A stretch of 63,868 nt of DNA, the filler included, from Nitrospinae bacterium RIFCSPLOWO2_12_FULL_45_22 (lineage in GTDB: Bacteria; 2-12-FULL-45-22), in the NCBI GenBank assembly GCA_001803565.1. It is 4 parts of 4 records of this genome, joined end to end, with 100 filler letters (N's around TTAATTAATTAA, not from the genome) between each part and the next. Parts side by side here need not be neighbours in the genome. Positions count along the whole stretch, not along the records: positions 1 to 26,289 come from MHDQ01000130.1; positions 26,390 to 37,206 come from MHDQ01000131.1; 2 more parts are not named here. One strand, 5' to 3'. The notes under the pieces are model-generated. The model saw only the letters and a list, made by a program, of their open reading frames with translations, was not told the DNA's origin and did not search any database. The position numbers were made by a program, and so were the translations under genes. Of the stretch, positions 22,731-32,925 are shown one piece after another. Numbering within the stretch: position 1 is the stretch's first letter; each line of letters starts with the position of its first letter.

Positions 22731-24146
22731 ATGGCATATAATAGTTTAAAGGAGCTGGAGGCTAACCTGTCAGGAGTTGTACAGGTGAATAAAACCGGAC
22801 ATTTAGAGATCATGAACCAGGAGAAGATTAAAGGAGCTGTCATAGATGATCTTATACATGAGTATGTCTTCAACCAAAACCAGGAAATAAGAGAGGCTTG
22901 TGCCTGCTACATCCGTAATATCGCTCATCAACTCCATATTGTTCCCGCCTCTATCAGTGGGTTGTACCAGGCTATGGGCAAGAGGGAAACAGGAGGTTTC
23001 ACTGTACCGGCCTTCAACCTGAGAGGTATGACTTACGATATGGCCCGGGCGGCCTTCCAGGCTGCCTGCAAGCTCCAGGTAGGGGCCTTGATCTTCGAGA
23101 TTGCCCGCTCGGAGATAGGTTATACTCATCAACGTCCCTCAGAATATGCTATCGCTGTGATAGCTGCGGCCATAAAAGAAGGGTTCCAGGGGCCTATTTT
23201 CTTACAAGGAGACCATTTTCAATTCAATGCCAAAAAGTTTGCCCAGGAGCCTGAGACAGAGACCCAGGCTATTAAAGGCTTGATAAAAGAGGCCATCGCA
23301 GCCAGTTTCTATAATATTGACATTGATGCCTCTACCCTGGTTGACCTTAAGCACTCTACCATAAAAGAACAACAGAGGCATAATTTTGAACTAACCGCCC
23401 AATTGACCGGATATATCAGGGGCTTAGAGCCAGCCGGGATAACCATTTCTGTTGGAGGCGAGATAGGCGAAGTGGGTGGGAAGAATAGTACGGTCGAGGA
23501 ATTAAAGGCCTTTATGGACAACTACCTGGAGGTATTATCGGCTTCCGGGAATGCCCTGAAAGGGATCAGCAAGATAAGTGTTCAGACCGGCACTAGCCAC
23601 GGTGGAGTACCTCTGCCGGACGGGAGTATTGCCTCAGTAAAGCTGGATTTTGGGACATTAGAATCCCTTTCACGAGTAAGCCGGGAAGAGTATAGCCTGG
23701 CTGGTGCAGTACAGCATGGCGCTTCGACCCTGCCCGAAAATGCCTTTGATAAGTTCCCTCAGGTCGGTACTGCGGAGATTCATCTAGCCACCGGGTTCCA
23801 GAACATCCTGTTCGAGAGTTCCCATTTTCCTGAAGCATTAAGAGAAAGAATCTATAGCTATATCCGGGGAGAATTGAGTCAGGAAAGGGGTTCCGGCGAT
23901 ACCGAGGAACAATTCATCTATAAGACCAGAAAAAAGGTCTTTGGCCCTTTTAAAGAAGCTATCTGGCATATCCCTGCGGAAGCCAAAGCGGGCTTAAGGC
24001 AGGAATTTGTCCAAAAGTTTGAGCTACTATTCCACAAACTCCAGGTTACTAACACCAAAGACACTATTAACAAATACATAAAGGCAGTACAGCCCCCGCG
24101 GCTCTTTTACCTGGAGCCCTGTCCCAAACTTTATAAAAAACAGTAA
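22731..24146 (+). CDS. Class II fructose-bisphosphate aldolase family protein
   Basis: VPAFN, GDH, GEIGEVG, GTSHG and QHGAS motifs. Follows the PFK gene. Confidence 0.85.
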   Translation: MAYNSLKELEANLSGVVQVNKTGHLEIMNQEKIKGAVIDDLIHEYVFNQNQEIREACACYIRNIAHQLHIVPASISGLYQAMGKRETGGFTVPAFNLRGMTYDMARAAFQAACKLQVGALIFEIARSEIGYTHQRPSEYAIAVIAAAIKEGFQGPIFLQGDHFQFNAKKFAQEPETETQAIKGLIKEAIAASFYNIDIDASTLVDLKHSTIKEQQRHNFELTAQLTGYIRGLEPAGITISVGGEIGEVGGKNSTVEELKAFMDNYLEVLSASGNALKGISKISVQTGTSHGGVPLPDGSIASVKLDFGTLESLSRVSREEYSLAGAVQHGASTLPENAFDKFPQVGTAEIHLATGFQNILFESSHFPEALRERIYSYIRGELSQERGSGDTEEQFIYKTRKKVFGPFKEAIWHIPAEAKAGLRQEFVQKFELLFHKLQVTNTKDTINKYIKAVQPPRLFYLEPCPKLYKKQ

Positions 24147-24297
24147 CCGTTCACTCGCTTTTTTATTATTATTGTCATTCTGAGCCCTTCGGCCCTGAGC
24201 GGGCCTCAGGGCAAGCTCCGTGAAGGGGAAGCGAAGAATCTCTAAAATCGAGAGACCCTTCGCTGTACTCAGGGTAGTATGTTCGGTGAACGGTTAC
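24143..24297. mobile_element. GTAACCGTTCAC...GTGAACGGTTAC MITE carrying a TGTCATTCTGAG-type REP
   Basis: Perfect 12-bp terminal inverted repeats. Flanks are AAAAAACA and AAAAACCA, a near 8-bp target duplication. The left repeat supplies the aldolase stop codon. Confidence 0.8.
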
Positions 24298-24361
24298 AAA
24301 AACCATAACTTTTTGCATCAGCACCGGTAGCCCAAATTGGAGACTCATGGTATTATAAAAA

Positions 24362-24592
24362 ATGGAGGTGTTGGCGATGAGGCTTGAAGAAGCAAAGGCC
24401 CTCTATCCCAATGAGTGGATTGCCTTCCATATCTTTGAGGAGAGGGATAATCCAGAGGGAGAGGTAGTCCTACATAACAAAGACCGTCGGGTTTTTGATA
24501 AGGAACTCTTGGAGCAGGGGTTGACCGATGTCTATATTACCTTTGCCGGTCCACCCGTTCCTGAAGGTTATGCGGTGATGTTTCAAGGCTAG
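24362..24592 (+). CDS. Small hypothetical protein (DUF5678-like partner of an aspartyl protease)
   Basis: YPNEWIA...GEVVLH pattern. GGAGG RBS precedes ATG 24377. Confidence 0.6.
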   Translation: MEVLAMRLEEAKALYPNEWIAFHIFEERDNPEGEVVLHNKDRRVFDKELLEQGLTDVYITFAGPPVPEGYAVMFQG

Positions 24593-24601
24593 GATGGGTT
24601 T

Positions 24602-24979
24602 ATGCGCTTGCCGATTGGTATCCCGCTGGTCGTGAGAAATGTCAAAATTGCTGGTCCCAAGGGTTCGGTCAGGGTGGATCTGGTTTTTGACACGGGAGCC
24701 GCGTTTACTGCCCTTTCTTGGTCTGTGCTCAAAGTAATTGGCTATGATCCAGCAGTTGCCCCTGAGCGCCAGGAAATTATTACGGCCAATGGTGTCATTG
24801 AAGTTCCAAAGTTGCGTGTAGATAGCATTACCATTGGAAATGTGGAAGCCCGGGAGGTTGAGGTCATCTCTCACGATATACCCGAATTGGCTGGTATTCG
24901 TGGACTGCTGGGTCTAAGTTTTCTGAAGCATTTTAGAACCGTCATTGATTATAGACAAGGTTACCTTGAGATTACATGA
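24602..24979 (+). CDS. Retropepsin-like (clan AA) aspartyl protease
   Basis: FDTGA catalytic motif and GLLGLSFL. Confidence 0.85.
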   Translation: MRLPIGIPLVVRNVKIAGPKGSVRVDLVFDTGAAFTALSWSVLKVIGYDPAVAPERQEIITANGVIEVPKLRVDSITIGNVEAREVEVISHDIPELAGIRGLLGLSFLKHFRTVIDYRQGYLEIT

Positions 24980-25388
24980 TGATGAAGGTACGCAACTTCG
25001 GTTAACCGGCGGTTTACATTCCGAGCCAAAATCACATCTTCTTCTATTAGACCTCGTGAATCGCCTAGTGTGTGAATCCGTCCGCTTACCGCAAGAATGA
25101 AGACAAGCTTTCTATCCCTATTTTAAAAGATTTCGCTTTACTTTGTTCAAATCCGCTTTCAGCGGACTTCTTTTATATCAGGAACATTATTGGTCATATG
25201 ACTCTACAGTCTGAAGCGGCATATGCAAGAAAACAGTTGGGAGGTGATCGCCATGATTACACGTAAGGAAGCCAGCAGACGTTTAGAAGAGGTTGTCAGA
25301 GAGATTACCGCAACCGCTGGCTGGAGGACAATAAAGAACAGGATACAGTTTGGGATATAACTAAACTAAAATTGGGGGAGGGAAGGAT

Positions 25389-25622
25389 ATGAAAAAAGGT
25401 CTGATTGTAAGTAGCCCTGACATCCTTAATGGTAAACCTATAGTCAAAGGAACCCGTATCTCAGTTGCATTGATATTGCAGTGTATTGCATCTGGTATGG
25501 CAAACGAGGATATTCTTCGTGGTTATCCAACTTTGACACAGGAGGGTCTGGAAGCAGCCCTTGATTTTGCTGCAAGACAGTTTCAGGGCGAAGAAATCAG
25601 GGTTTTTGAACATAGAAAATAA
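25389..25622 (+). CDS. DUF433 antitoxin (VapB45-like)
   Basis: PDILNGKPIVKGTRI...YPTL motif. Confidence 0.88.
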   Translation: MKKGLIVSSPDILNGKPIVKGTRISVALILQCIASGMANEDILRGYPTLTQEGLEAALDFAARQFQGEEIRVFEHRK

Positions 25623-25726
25623 TGCGAATCCTTGCAGATGAAAATGTTCATACAGATATTATCCTGGGACTTCGCCGTGCAGGATATCAAGTCCTTAGAG
25701 GGCTATATATCCCAATGCGGATATGA
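25622..25726 (+). pseudogene. Truncated DUF5615/PIN (VapC45-like) toxin
   Basis: Overlaps the DUF433 stop and reads MRILADENVHTDIILGLRRAGYQV before running into unrelated sequence; 34 aa in total. Confidence 0.75.
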
Positions 25727-25757
25727 ACGAGTTAGGTGAAGTCGAGGAGATAGAGTT

Positions 25758-26289
25758 ATGAGGTTTGATAGAAACAATCCATGGGTTGTAGGAATCATTG
25801 CTGGAATTATTGTTACTGTTGTAGGCGGCACCATACTTTATTATTTATTCGAATATAGAGAAAAAAAGGAGTCTACGAATGCACACATAAATCTCGTGAA
25901 TAATGCAGATATGTTCTTAGCGAAAAATATGAGTAATGATGCATTGTCTATATACATAGAGTTATTGAAAATAGTTTCTAATAAGAGAGAGGCAAAGCTC
26001 TATGCCCATATTAAAAGCAACGAAGGGATTTGTTATTTTAATTTAGCAACGATCAAGAACAAAGAGGAAAATCTAGCTAGGGCAATCCAAGCCTATGAAG
26101 AAGCCCTGAAGATTAGAACTGTTGAGAAATACCCTCTTGACTATGCTGCGACCCAGAACAGTCTCGGAGCTGCCTACAATACTCTTGCCGAAGTTCGAGA
26201 CAAAGAGGAAAATATATCTAAGGCAATCCAAACCTATGAAGAAGCCCTGAAGATTAGAACTGTTGAGAAATACCCTCTTGACTATGCTC
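25758..26289 (+). CDS. Membrane-anchored TPR-repeat protein, truncated by the contig end
   Basis: N-terminal TM helix. A 47-aa repeat (AIQAYEEALKIRTVEKYPLDYA) is near-identical in DNA at 26059-26147 and 26200-26288. Confidence 0.8.
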
Positions 26290-26389
26290 NNNNNNNNNNN
26301 NNNNNNNNNNNNNNNNNNNNNNNNNNNNNNNNNTTAATTAATTAANNNNNNNNNNNNNNNNNNNNNNNNNNNNNNNNNNNNNNNNNNNN
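26290..26389. other. Artificial contig-joining linker
   Basis: N run, TTAATTAATTAA (stops in all six frames), N run; 100 bp. Confidence 0.97.
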
Positions 26390-27299
26390 TGAATCCTAAG
26401 TCTTCATAAATAATTAGCTCAGTTATGGTAAAACAGTCATGGACTTCAGCCAGGCTTAACTCTTCCCGGGGGGTTTTTATTCCGGCTTCTTTGTAAGCCA
26501 GTTGGCCCGCTTTCACATTTTCCGGAAAATGTACAAAATCGTAATCGTCCTGGAGCTGTCCCTGCCTTGCCCCACAGGTGATGCCCAACCCCTTCACCAG
26601 TACATAATCCTTCCGGAAATCCTTGGCCCGCTCAGCCCGGGTAATGATAGCCACAGCCGCACCATCACTTACTGCACAGCAGTCAAATATCCCTAAAGGC
26701 CAGGCAGTCATCGGGGCCTTTACTGCTTGTTCTACGGTAATCTCTCGCCGGAAATGGGCCTTGGGGTTAAGGGTACCATTATAATGATTTTTTACTGCAA
26801 TTTTGGCCAGGGTCTTCTTGCCTTCTTCATAGCTAATATTGTAACGGTGGAAGTAGCGAGTAGCAGCCAAGGCAAACTGGACCGGGGGTGGAGTATTTGG
26901 TTCAACTCCACTACTGGGTGGTTGTTCGCCAGCCAGGCCGGTGAAACCAGAATCCTTCAATTTCTCTGCCCCACAGACTAATACCAGGTCATAGATACCT
27001 GCGGCTACAGCGTAGCAGGCATTACGGAAGGCATCGGTACCGGTAGCACAGGCATTCTCTACCCGCGTAATAGGGATATACTCCAGCTTTAAAGGATAAG
27101 CTAAGAAACTACCCCGCCTGCCAGAGCCAGAGGTGCCTACCCAGCCAGCCTGGATATCTTTAGGATCAATCCCCGCATCTTCGTATGCCTCATAAGCCGC
27201 CTCCACTATCAAATCATCTACACTAGCGTCCCAGCGTTCGCCAAACTTGGTGCATCCCATACCTATAATAGCCACCCGGTCTTTTATCCCTTCCATCAC
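26390..27299 (-). CDS. SCP2-type thiolase / acetyl-CoA acetyltransferase, 3'-truncated by the contig end
   Basis: VENACATG, SDGAA and EVHDCF motifs. Confidence 0.9.
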
Positions 27300-27424
27300 C
27301 TTTCCCCCCTTATTAAGGCTGTTAAGGCCACTAACTTTCCACTTTATAGAGAGATGAATTCAGGAGACAGACTGACAAAACAGCTTTTCTTCTGACTCCT
27401 GACTACTGGATTCTGAATTCTAAT

Positions 27425-28834
27425 TTATCCTCCTCTTATAGGGGTACATTTCCAGAAGTAGTTATGAATACCCCCAGCCGAATACAATTTCCTGAAAGAC
27501 ATTGCCACCGGCATACCTATTTTTATTTCCCCAATGTCTCGATCAGTCATGGCACATAATATCCGGCCTCCACCTTCAAAATTAACTACAGAAATAACCA
27601 GAGGGACGTCTACTGTCCCTGCAATATAGTCCATGGCATAGGTAAAAAGCTCCCCCCGCTTCTCTGCTAATCTTATCGAATCAAACTGGTCTTTGGTATG
27701 GCATCTGGTACATACCCTCTGGGGTGGGTATTGGATAGTACCGCACTCGCGGCACTTCCCTCCATAGAACCGGAGGTTTTTGTCCCGTTCCCGCCACAGG
27801 CATGTGGCGGAGGGGGTAGGGAGAGGAGGGCGGCGGGCGGCCTCACTAGGCACATACTGCCGCCAGCGGAGATAGGTATCATAATTATCCAGAATTCTCT
27901 TTGTTTGCAGATGCCCTTTAATAGGTTGATGGTTGCGGATCTTGGTTATCTGGTCCGTTACTTGAAGAAGAAAAGCATCTGCGCCATCGCCATAAGTAGC
28001 CAGTAGGATCTTATCTCCCGGCTTAGCCTCCTCTAAGCAGGCCACTAGAAGCATCAAGGCATGAGCCGTACCCGTGGAGCCTATGGCGCCAAACATAGGG
28101 TTCTGGATCTGAGTAGCGGCATCAAAGCCCAATGCCTTTCCTACTGCCCCATGGGAACCAGCATCCGGGCCATAAAATACTGCCTTAGTAAAATCCTTGG
28201 CAGAAAGGTTGTATTTCTGCATGAGGCCCGATATGGCATCAGCAATGACTTTCTGATACCCCTGCGAGATAACAAAACGGTCTTCCCAGGAACGAAGGAA
28301 AGGATCTCCCTCTGGCCGCCAGACGTCCACCATCTCATGAGAGATAGAGAAGCTACCCTCTATAGATACCGCTACATCAGTAGCGCTAAGCAGTAAAGCC
28401 GCCGCACCATCGCCCGCGGTTCGGTCGAAGCTACCTTTGGGAGGCCCTTTGCGGCAGTCGGCAGCGGTTACTACGACCTGTTTTGCTGATCCCCCTTTTA
28501 TGGCATCTATCGCCATCCTCAAGGCAATGGTGCCGGCCCTAAGAGAATTGGTAGAGTCAGCCGTGAAAATATCGCTCCGCAGATCAGCCGCCGTAGCAAT
28601 TAAGCTGGCAGCTTGTTTCTCGCCATACGGGGAAGTAGTGGAGGCAAAAAATAAGCTATCTATTGACTGGCTACCCACCCCCTTAAGACAATCCATTACT
28701 GCCGCTACTGCCATACTTATACTATCCTCATCAAAACTGGCTATGGCCTTTTCTACTGGTAAATCCCAACCCTTAGTCTCCTTGCCCAGCCGGTAAAGCG
28801 GTATATAGGCCCCATAAGCGCTAATCCCCACCAT
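27425..28834 (-). CDS. HMG-CoA-synthase-like domain fused to a Zn-ribbon/OB-fold (DUF35) domain
   Basis: GAYIPLYRL, DEDSISMA and GDGAAA motifs. C-terminal CxxC...CxxC and OB fold. Confidence 0.85.
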   Translation of the reverse strand: MVGISAYGAYIPLYRLGKETKGWDLPVEKAIASFDEDSISMAVAAVMDCLKGVGSQSIDSLFFASTTSPYGEKQAASLIATAADLRSDIFTADSTNSLRAGTIALRMAIDAIKGGSAKQVVVTAADCRKGPPKGSFDRTAGDGAAALLLSATDVAVSIEGSFSISHEMVDVWRPEGDPFLRSWEDRFVISQGYQKVIADAISGLMQKYNLSAKDFTKAVFYGPDAGSHGAVGKALGFDAATQIQNPMFGAIGSTGTAHALMLLVACLEEAKPGDKILLATYGDGADAFLLQVTDQITKIRNHQPIKGHLQTKRILDNYDTYLRWRQYVPSEAARRPPLPTPSATCLWRERDKNLRFYGGKCRECGTIQYPPQRVCTRCHTKDQFDSIRLAEKRGELFTYAMDYIAGTVDVPLVISVVNFEGGGRILCAMTDRDIGEIKIGMPVAMSFRKLYSAGGIHNYFWKCTPIRGG

Positions 28835-29291
28835 CTCCTGTCCCTCCTCCTCGGCTCTTTAGTAAAAAAAGCAGCATATAAATTTTCATTAAAGTTATTG
28901 GCTCATTAGCCAATAACTGCTAATTGCTTCGCATCCTAGCATTCTTACCTGGGTTTGTCAAGCCAACGAATTACTAGAACCTGGTAATGCCAGTCCAGTA
29001 TGAATAATTGCGTCCATCATGTCCCCGGATTTCATCTTGACTCTGCTGCTATAACTTGATATAACGTTTTTTAGATATTGCATCCCTTGCAAAATCCTCA
29101 TTAGAAGCCAATAAAGCTATCATTAAAGATGCAAAGGGCGCGAAGATTGACCAGAGTAGGGGTGGCTTTCAACCCCACCCCTACAGATGGAAAATCTTGT
29201 GAAGCCTTTGCGATCTTAGCGCCTTTGCGGTTAATTTAACAGTAGTGATTTGTTATATAAAAATCTAGTTATTTACTGGAGAGATAAAGCC

Positions 29292-30345
29292 ATGTCTTTT
29301 AGTGATATATTGGGCCAGGAGCAGGCTTTAAAAATCTTACATAACGATTTAGAGCGGCATCAANNNNNNNNNNNNNAAAATCTTACATAACGATTTAGAG
29401 CGGCATCAACTTGCCCATGCTTACTTATTCCTGGGGCCGGAAGATATAGGCAAGAAATATACTGCTATTAGCTTTGCTAAGGCGGTGAATTGCTCTCAAA
29501 AGCAGGCGGACTTTTGTGATGAATGTCTATCCTGCCGAAAGATAGATAAGGCCATTCATCCCGATATAAGTCTGGTTAGGCCCCAGGGGAATTATATCCG
29601 GATTGACCAGTTGCGAGAGCTGCAAAATAGGATAGCTTTTAAACCATTAGAAGCTAAAAGCAAAGTAGTGATCATGGATGAGGCAGAGAAACTTACCCCG
29701 GAAGCGGCCGGCGCTTTATTAAAAACCCTGGAAGAGCCTCCGTCCAATACTATAATAATCCTGGTATCACACAAGCCTTTTAGCCTACCTGCCACTATTA
29801 TTTCCCGGTGCCGCTTAATGAAGTTTAACTCCTTAAAGCCCGCTAATATAGCAAAAATCTTGATAGAAAAGGTATCCTTTAACCCGGAACAGGCCCGGTT
29901 AGTAGCCTCGTTATCGCTTGGCAGGATAGGGAGGGCCCTGACCCTGGACTTATCGCGAATACTAGCTTTGAGAGATGAGGCATTAAGAGTTTTTGACCTT
30001 GAGAGGGGCAATAGAATAAAGTATATTTTAAGTAAGCTTAAAGAATGGGAGAAGGATCGCAATGAGGCTGAGGAGTGGTTAAATGGCTTACTGATAGTTG
30101 GTCGGGATCTGATGGTTTTGGTCAGTGGGCTCCCCTCGGTCTTTTTAATTAATAGTGACCTGGAGAAAAGACTGAGCAGTATTGCTAACAAACTAACATT
30201 AGAAATGACCATTAGCCTATTAGAAAACATTAGAAAAACCCAGCAATTGTTACCACAAAATGTCAATACTCAATTGGCTATGAATAATCTGCTAAATGAT
30301 ATTTTAGAAATGATAGACCTCGGGAGGAAAAATGAAGATCTGTGA
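29292..30345 (+). CDS. holB: DNA polymerase III subunit delta'
   Basis: MSFSDILGQE start, HAYLFLGP, CxxC, LLKTLEEP and SRC motifs. The N gap at 29364-29376 is flanked by a duplicated overlap, an assembly artefact. Confidence 0.9.
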
Positions 30346-30862
30346 ATGGGGGATCGGAGCCCCCTTAAGAAAAATCCTGCGTAAGGCCGCCGAAGAAAAT
30401 ATAGAGGCCATTGCACATCTGGAGGAGTTAGAGCGCGAGGCCATGCAGTTTTGTCAAGAAAAAATAAAAGAGAGAAGTCTACCTATGGAACTGTTGGATG
30501 TGGAATTTAACTCTGATCAATCCAAAGCGACCTTTTATTTCAAGGCTAATAAACGGGTTGATTTTCGTGAGCTGGTAAAAGAGTTAGCCCAACAGTTCAA
30601 GACCAGGATCGAGATGCGGCAGATAGGAGCAAGGGATGAAGCAAGATTGTGGGGCGGAGTAGGTGTGTGCGGGCGGGGCCTTTGTTGTACCACTTTTTTG
30701 CGGCAATTTCAGCCTGTCTCTATCAATATGGCTAAACAGCAAAAACTTACCCTAGACCCGGCTAAAATCTCAGGTCAATGCGGCCGGCTTATGTGCTGCT
30801 TAGCCTTTGAGCTAGATATGAGGGATAAGTATAAACAAAAAGAGAGGGGCGTAGATGGCTAA
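30332..30862 (+). CDS. PSP1 C-terminal domain protein (RicT/YaaT family)
   Basis: RVDFRELVK, GVCGRGLCC and GQCGRLMCCL motifs. Confidence 0.92.
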   Translation: MKICEWGIGAPLRKILRKAAEENIEAIAHLEELEREAMQFCQEKIKERSLPMELLDVEFNSDQSKATFYFKANKRVDFRELVKELAQQFKTRIEMRQIGARDEARLWGGVGVCGRGLCCTTFLRQFQPVSINMAKQQKLTLDPAKISGQCGRLMCCLAFELDMRDKYKQKERGVDG

Positions 30863-32822
30863 AAATACCTTTTATGTAACTACACCTATCTATTATGTCA
30901 ATGATATTCCCCATATCGGTCATGCTTATACAACTATTGCGGCCGATGTCCTGGCCCGCTATAAGCGTCTGTCGGGCTATGATGTCTTTTTCTTAACCGG
31001 TACCGATGAGCATGGGCAGAAAATAGAGAGGACTGCCCTGGAGTCAGGTGAACAACCCCAATCGTTAGCTGATAGAGTTGTGGAACGCTTTAAGGAACTA
31101 TGGGCAAGGCTCAATATCTCCTATAACGATTTTATCCGCACCACAGAATTGCGGCATAAAGAGGCAGTGAGGGCCTTTTTCCAGAAAGTATATCAGCAGG
31201 GAGATATTTACTTAGGTGATTATGAGGGGTGGTACTGTACACCCTGCGAGAGCTTTATAACTGAAACCCAGGTCTCGCTGGAAAATAATTGCCCTGATTG
31301 TGGCCGGCCAGCCGAAAGGGTGAAGGAGAAGAGTTTTTTCTTCCGGATGTCTAAATACCAGGAGCCGCTCCTGGATCATATTGAAAAAAATCCCGCTTTT
31401 ATCCAGCCGGTCAGCCGTAGGAACGAGATTATCAGTTTTGTAAAAGGGGGACTCAAGGACCTGAGTATCAGCCGTACGAGCTTCCGCTGGGGCATCCCGG
31501 TCCCTTTTCAGCCTGATCATATAATCTATGTCTGGTTTGATGCCTTAACCAATTATATCTCTGCTATTGGCTACCCCGGCAACCAGGGCCTCTTCCAGAA
31601 CTTCTGGCCCGCGGATGTGCACCTGGTAGGGAAAGACATATTACGCTTCCATACTGTCTACTGGCCTACCTTCCTTATGGCGGCTGGCTTGCCCCTGCCT
31701 AAAAAGGTCTTTGCCCATGGCTGGTGGACTGTGGAAGGGAAAAAGATGTCCAAATCCCTAAGAAACGTGGTAGACCCTAATCGCCTCATTGATACCTATG
31801 GGGCAGATGCCGTGCGCTACTTCCTGCTCCGCGAAGTCCCTTTTGGCCTGGATGGTGATTTTTCGCATGAGACCTTTATCCAACGCATTAATAGCGATCT
31901 AGCTAATGACCTGGGTAACCTCTTCAACCGCTCCCTGGTTATGATAAAGAAGTACTTTGGTGGTAGGCTCCCCACAGCGAGCACCCCGGGCGATGGCGCT
32001 ATACTCTTAAAGAGCAAAGCCGAGGAACTGTATCAGGAACTAGAGCCAGCTTTTAATGAGCTGGCCTTTAATAAAGTCCTGACCAGGGCCTGGGAACTTA
32101 TAAATATCACTAATAAATATATAGATAGCTCAGCACCCTGGGTACTGGCTAAAGAACCTGCTAGAAAATCAGAGCTTGGCCAGGTCTTATATAGTGTTAT
32201 GGAGACACTACGGATAATAACCCTTACCCTGGCCCCGTTTATGCCTTCTACCGCTGAGGAGATGTGGTATCAACTGGGCCGGGAAGAAGACTTGTGGGGT
32301 CAACAGATCAATTCTATAAAGGACTGGGGGCTATCTCCGGCTGGTATAGAGGTCCGGCCCAGGAAACAGCTCTTCCCACGGCTGGAGCGAGATATTTCTC
32401 TGAAATTCAAGGAAGAAATAACAGATCGGGGAGCTGCCCTAATCCCTGAGCCCCAAGCCCCGGGCTCCGACCCCCGACCCCCGATCCCTTCCCTCATTAG
32501 CCTGGCTCAGTTCCAGCAGGTGGATTTGCGCACAGCCAGGGTGCTGGAGGCAGAGGTAGTAAAAGGGTCTAAAAAGCTGATTAAATTGAAACTGGACCTG
32601 GACTATGAAAAAAGGACCGTGGTGGCCGGTATTGCCCAGAGCTACCAGCCAGAGGAGTTATTGGGCAAGACGGTGATTTTAGTTGCTAACCTGGAACCAA
32701 CCAAATTAATGGGTATTGAGTCGCAAGGGATGATCCTGGCAGCCGATACTGATGAAGCTACGGGCAAGCTGGCCCTGGCTACTTTTACTGATCAGGTCAA
32801 ACCTGGCACCCGACTGCGTTAG
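30855..32822 (+). CDS. metG: Methionyl-tRNA synthetase with C-terminal tRNA-binding domain
   Basis: HIGH and KMSKS motifs, Zn knuckle and SQGM domain. Confidence 0.97.
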   Translation: MAKNTFYVTTPIYYVNDIPHIGHAYTTIAADVLARYKRLSGYDVFFLTGTDEHGQKIERTALESGEQPQSLADRVVERFKELWARLNISYNDFIRTTELRHKEAVRAFFQKVYQQGDIYLGDYEGWYCTPCESFITETQVSLENNCPDCGRPAERVKEKSFFFRMSKYQEPLLDHIEKNPAFIQPVSRRNEIISFVKGGLKDLSISRTSFRWGIPVPFQPDHIIYVWFDALTNYISAIGYPGNQGLFQNFWPADVHLVGKDILRFHTVYWPTFLMAAGLPLPKKVFAHGWWTVEGKKMSKSLRNVVDPNRLIDTYGADAVRYFLLREVPFGLDGDFSHETFIQRINSDLANDLGNLFNRSLVMIKKYFGGRLPTASTPGDGAILLKSKAEELYQELEPAFNELAFNKVLTRAWELINITNKYIDSSAPWVLAKEPARKSELGQVLYSVMETLRIITLTLAPFMPSTAEEMWYQLGREEDLWGQQINSIKDWGLSPAGIEVRPRKQLFPRLERDISLKFKEEITDRGAALIPEPQAPGSDPRPPIPSLISLAQFQQVDLRTARVLEAEVVKGSKKLIKLKLDLDYEKRTVVAGIAQSYQPEELLGKTVILVANLEPTKLMGIESQGMILAADTDEATGKLALATFTDQVKPGTRLR

Positions 32823-32925
32823 GTTATTACGTTATTGGGTTACTAGGTTATTAGGTAACTAAATAACGCAATGACCCAATAACCTAATGACTAAATAACG
32901 CAATGGCGCAATTACGTAATAACTC
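32821..32925. repeat. Degenerate octamer inverted-array repeat (GTTATT/AATAAC units)
   Basis: ggttatta/cgttattg units followed by their reverse-complement units, between metG and tatD. Confidence 0.7.

Noticed and set aside
26059-26288. TPR repeat pair as a DGR template/variable region
   Set aside because: It is an in-frame tandem coding repeat with no reverse transcriptase nearby.
26334-26345. TTAATTAATTAA palindrome repeated three times in the window
   Set aside because: It is an assembly linker inside N runs, and ORFs ending in LIN are artefacts of it.
29330-29409. 33-bp direct repeat inside holB suggesting a duplication or pseudogene
   Set aside because: The copies flank an N gap, so this is an unmerged scaffold overlap.
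29592-30266. 224-aa antisense ORF and the many other short overlapping ORFs in the track
   Set aside because: They are shadow frames of well-supported genes.
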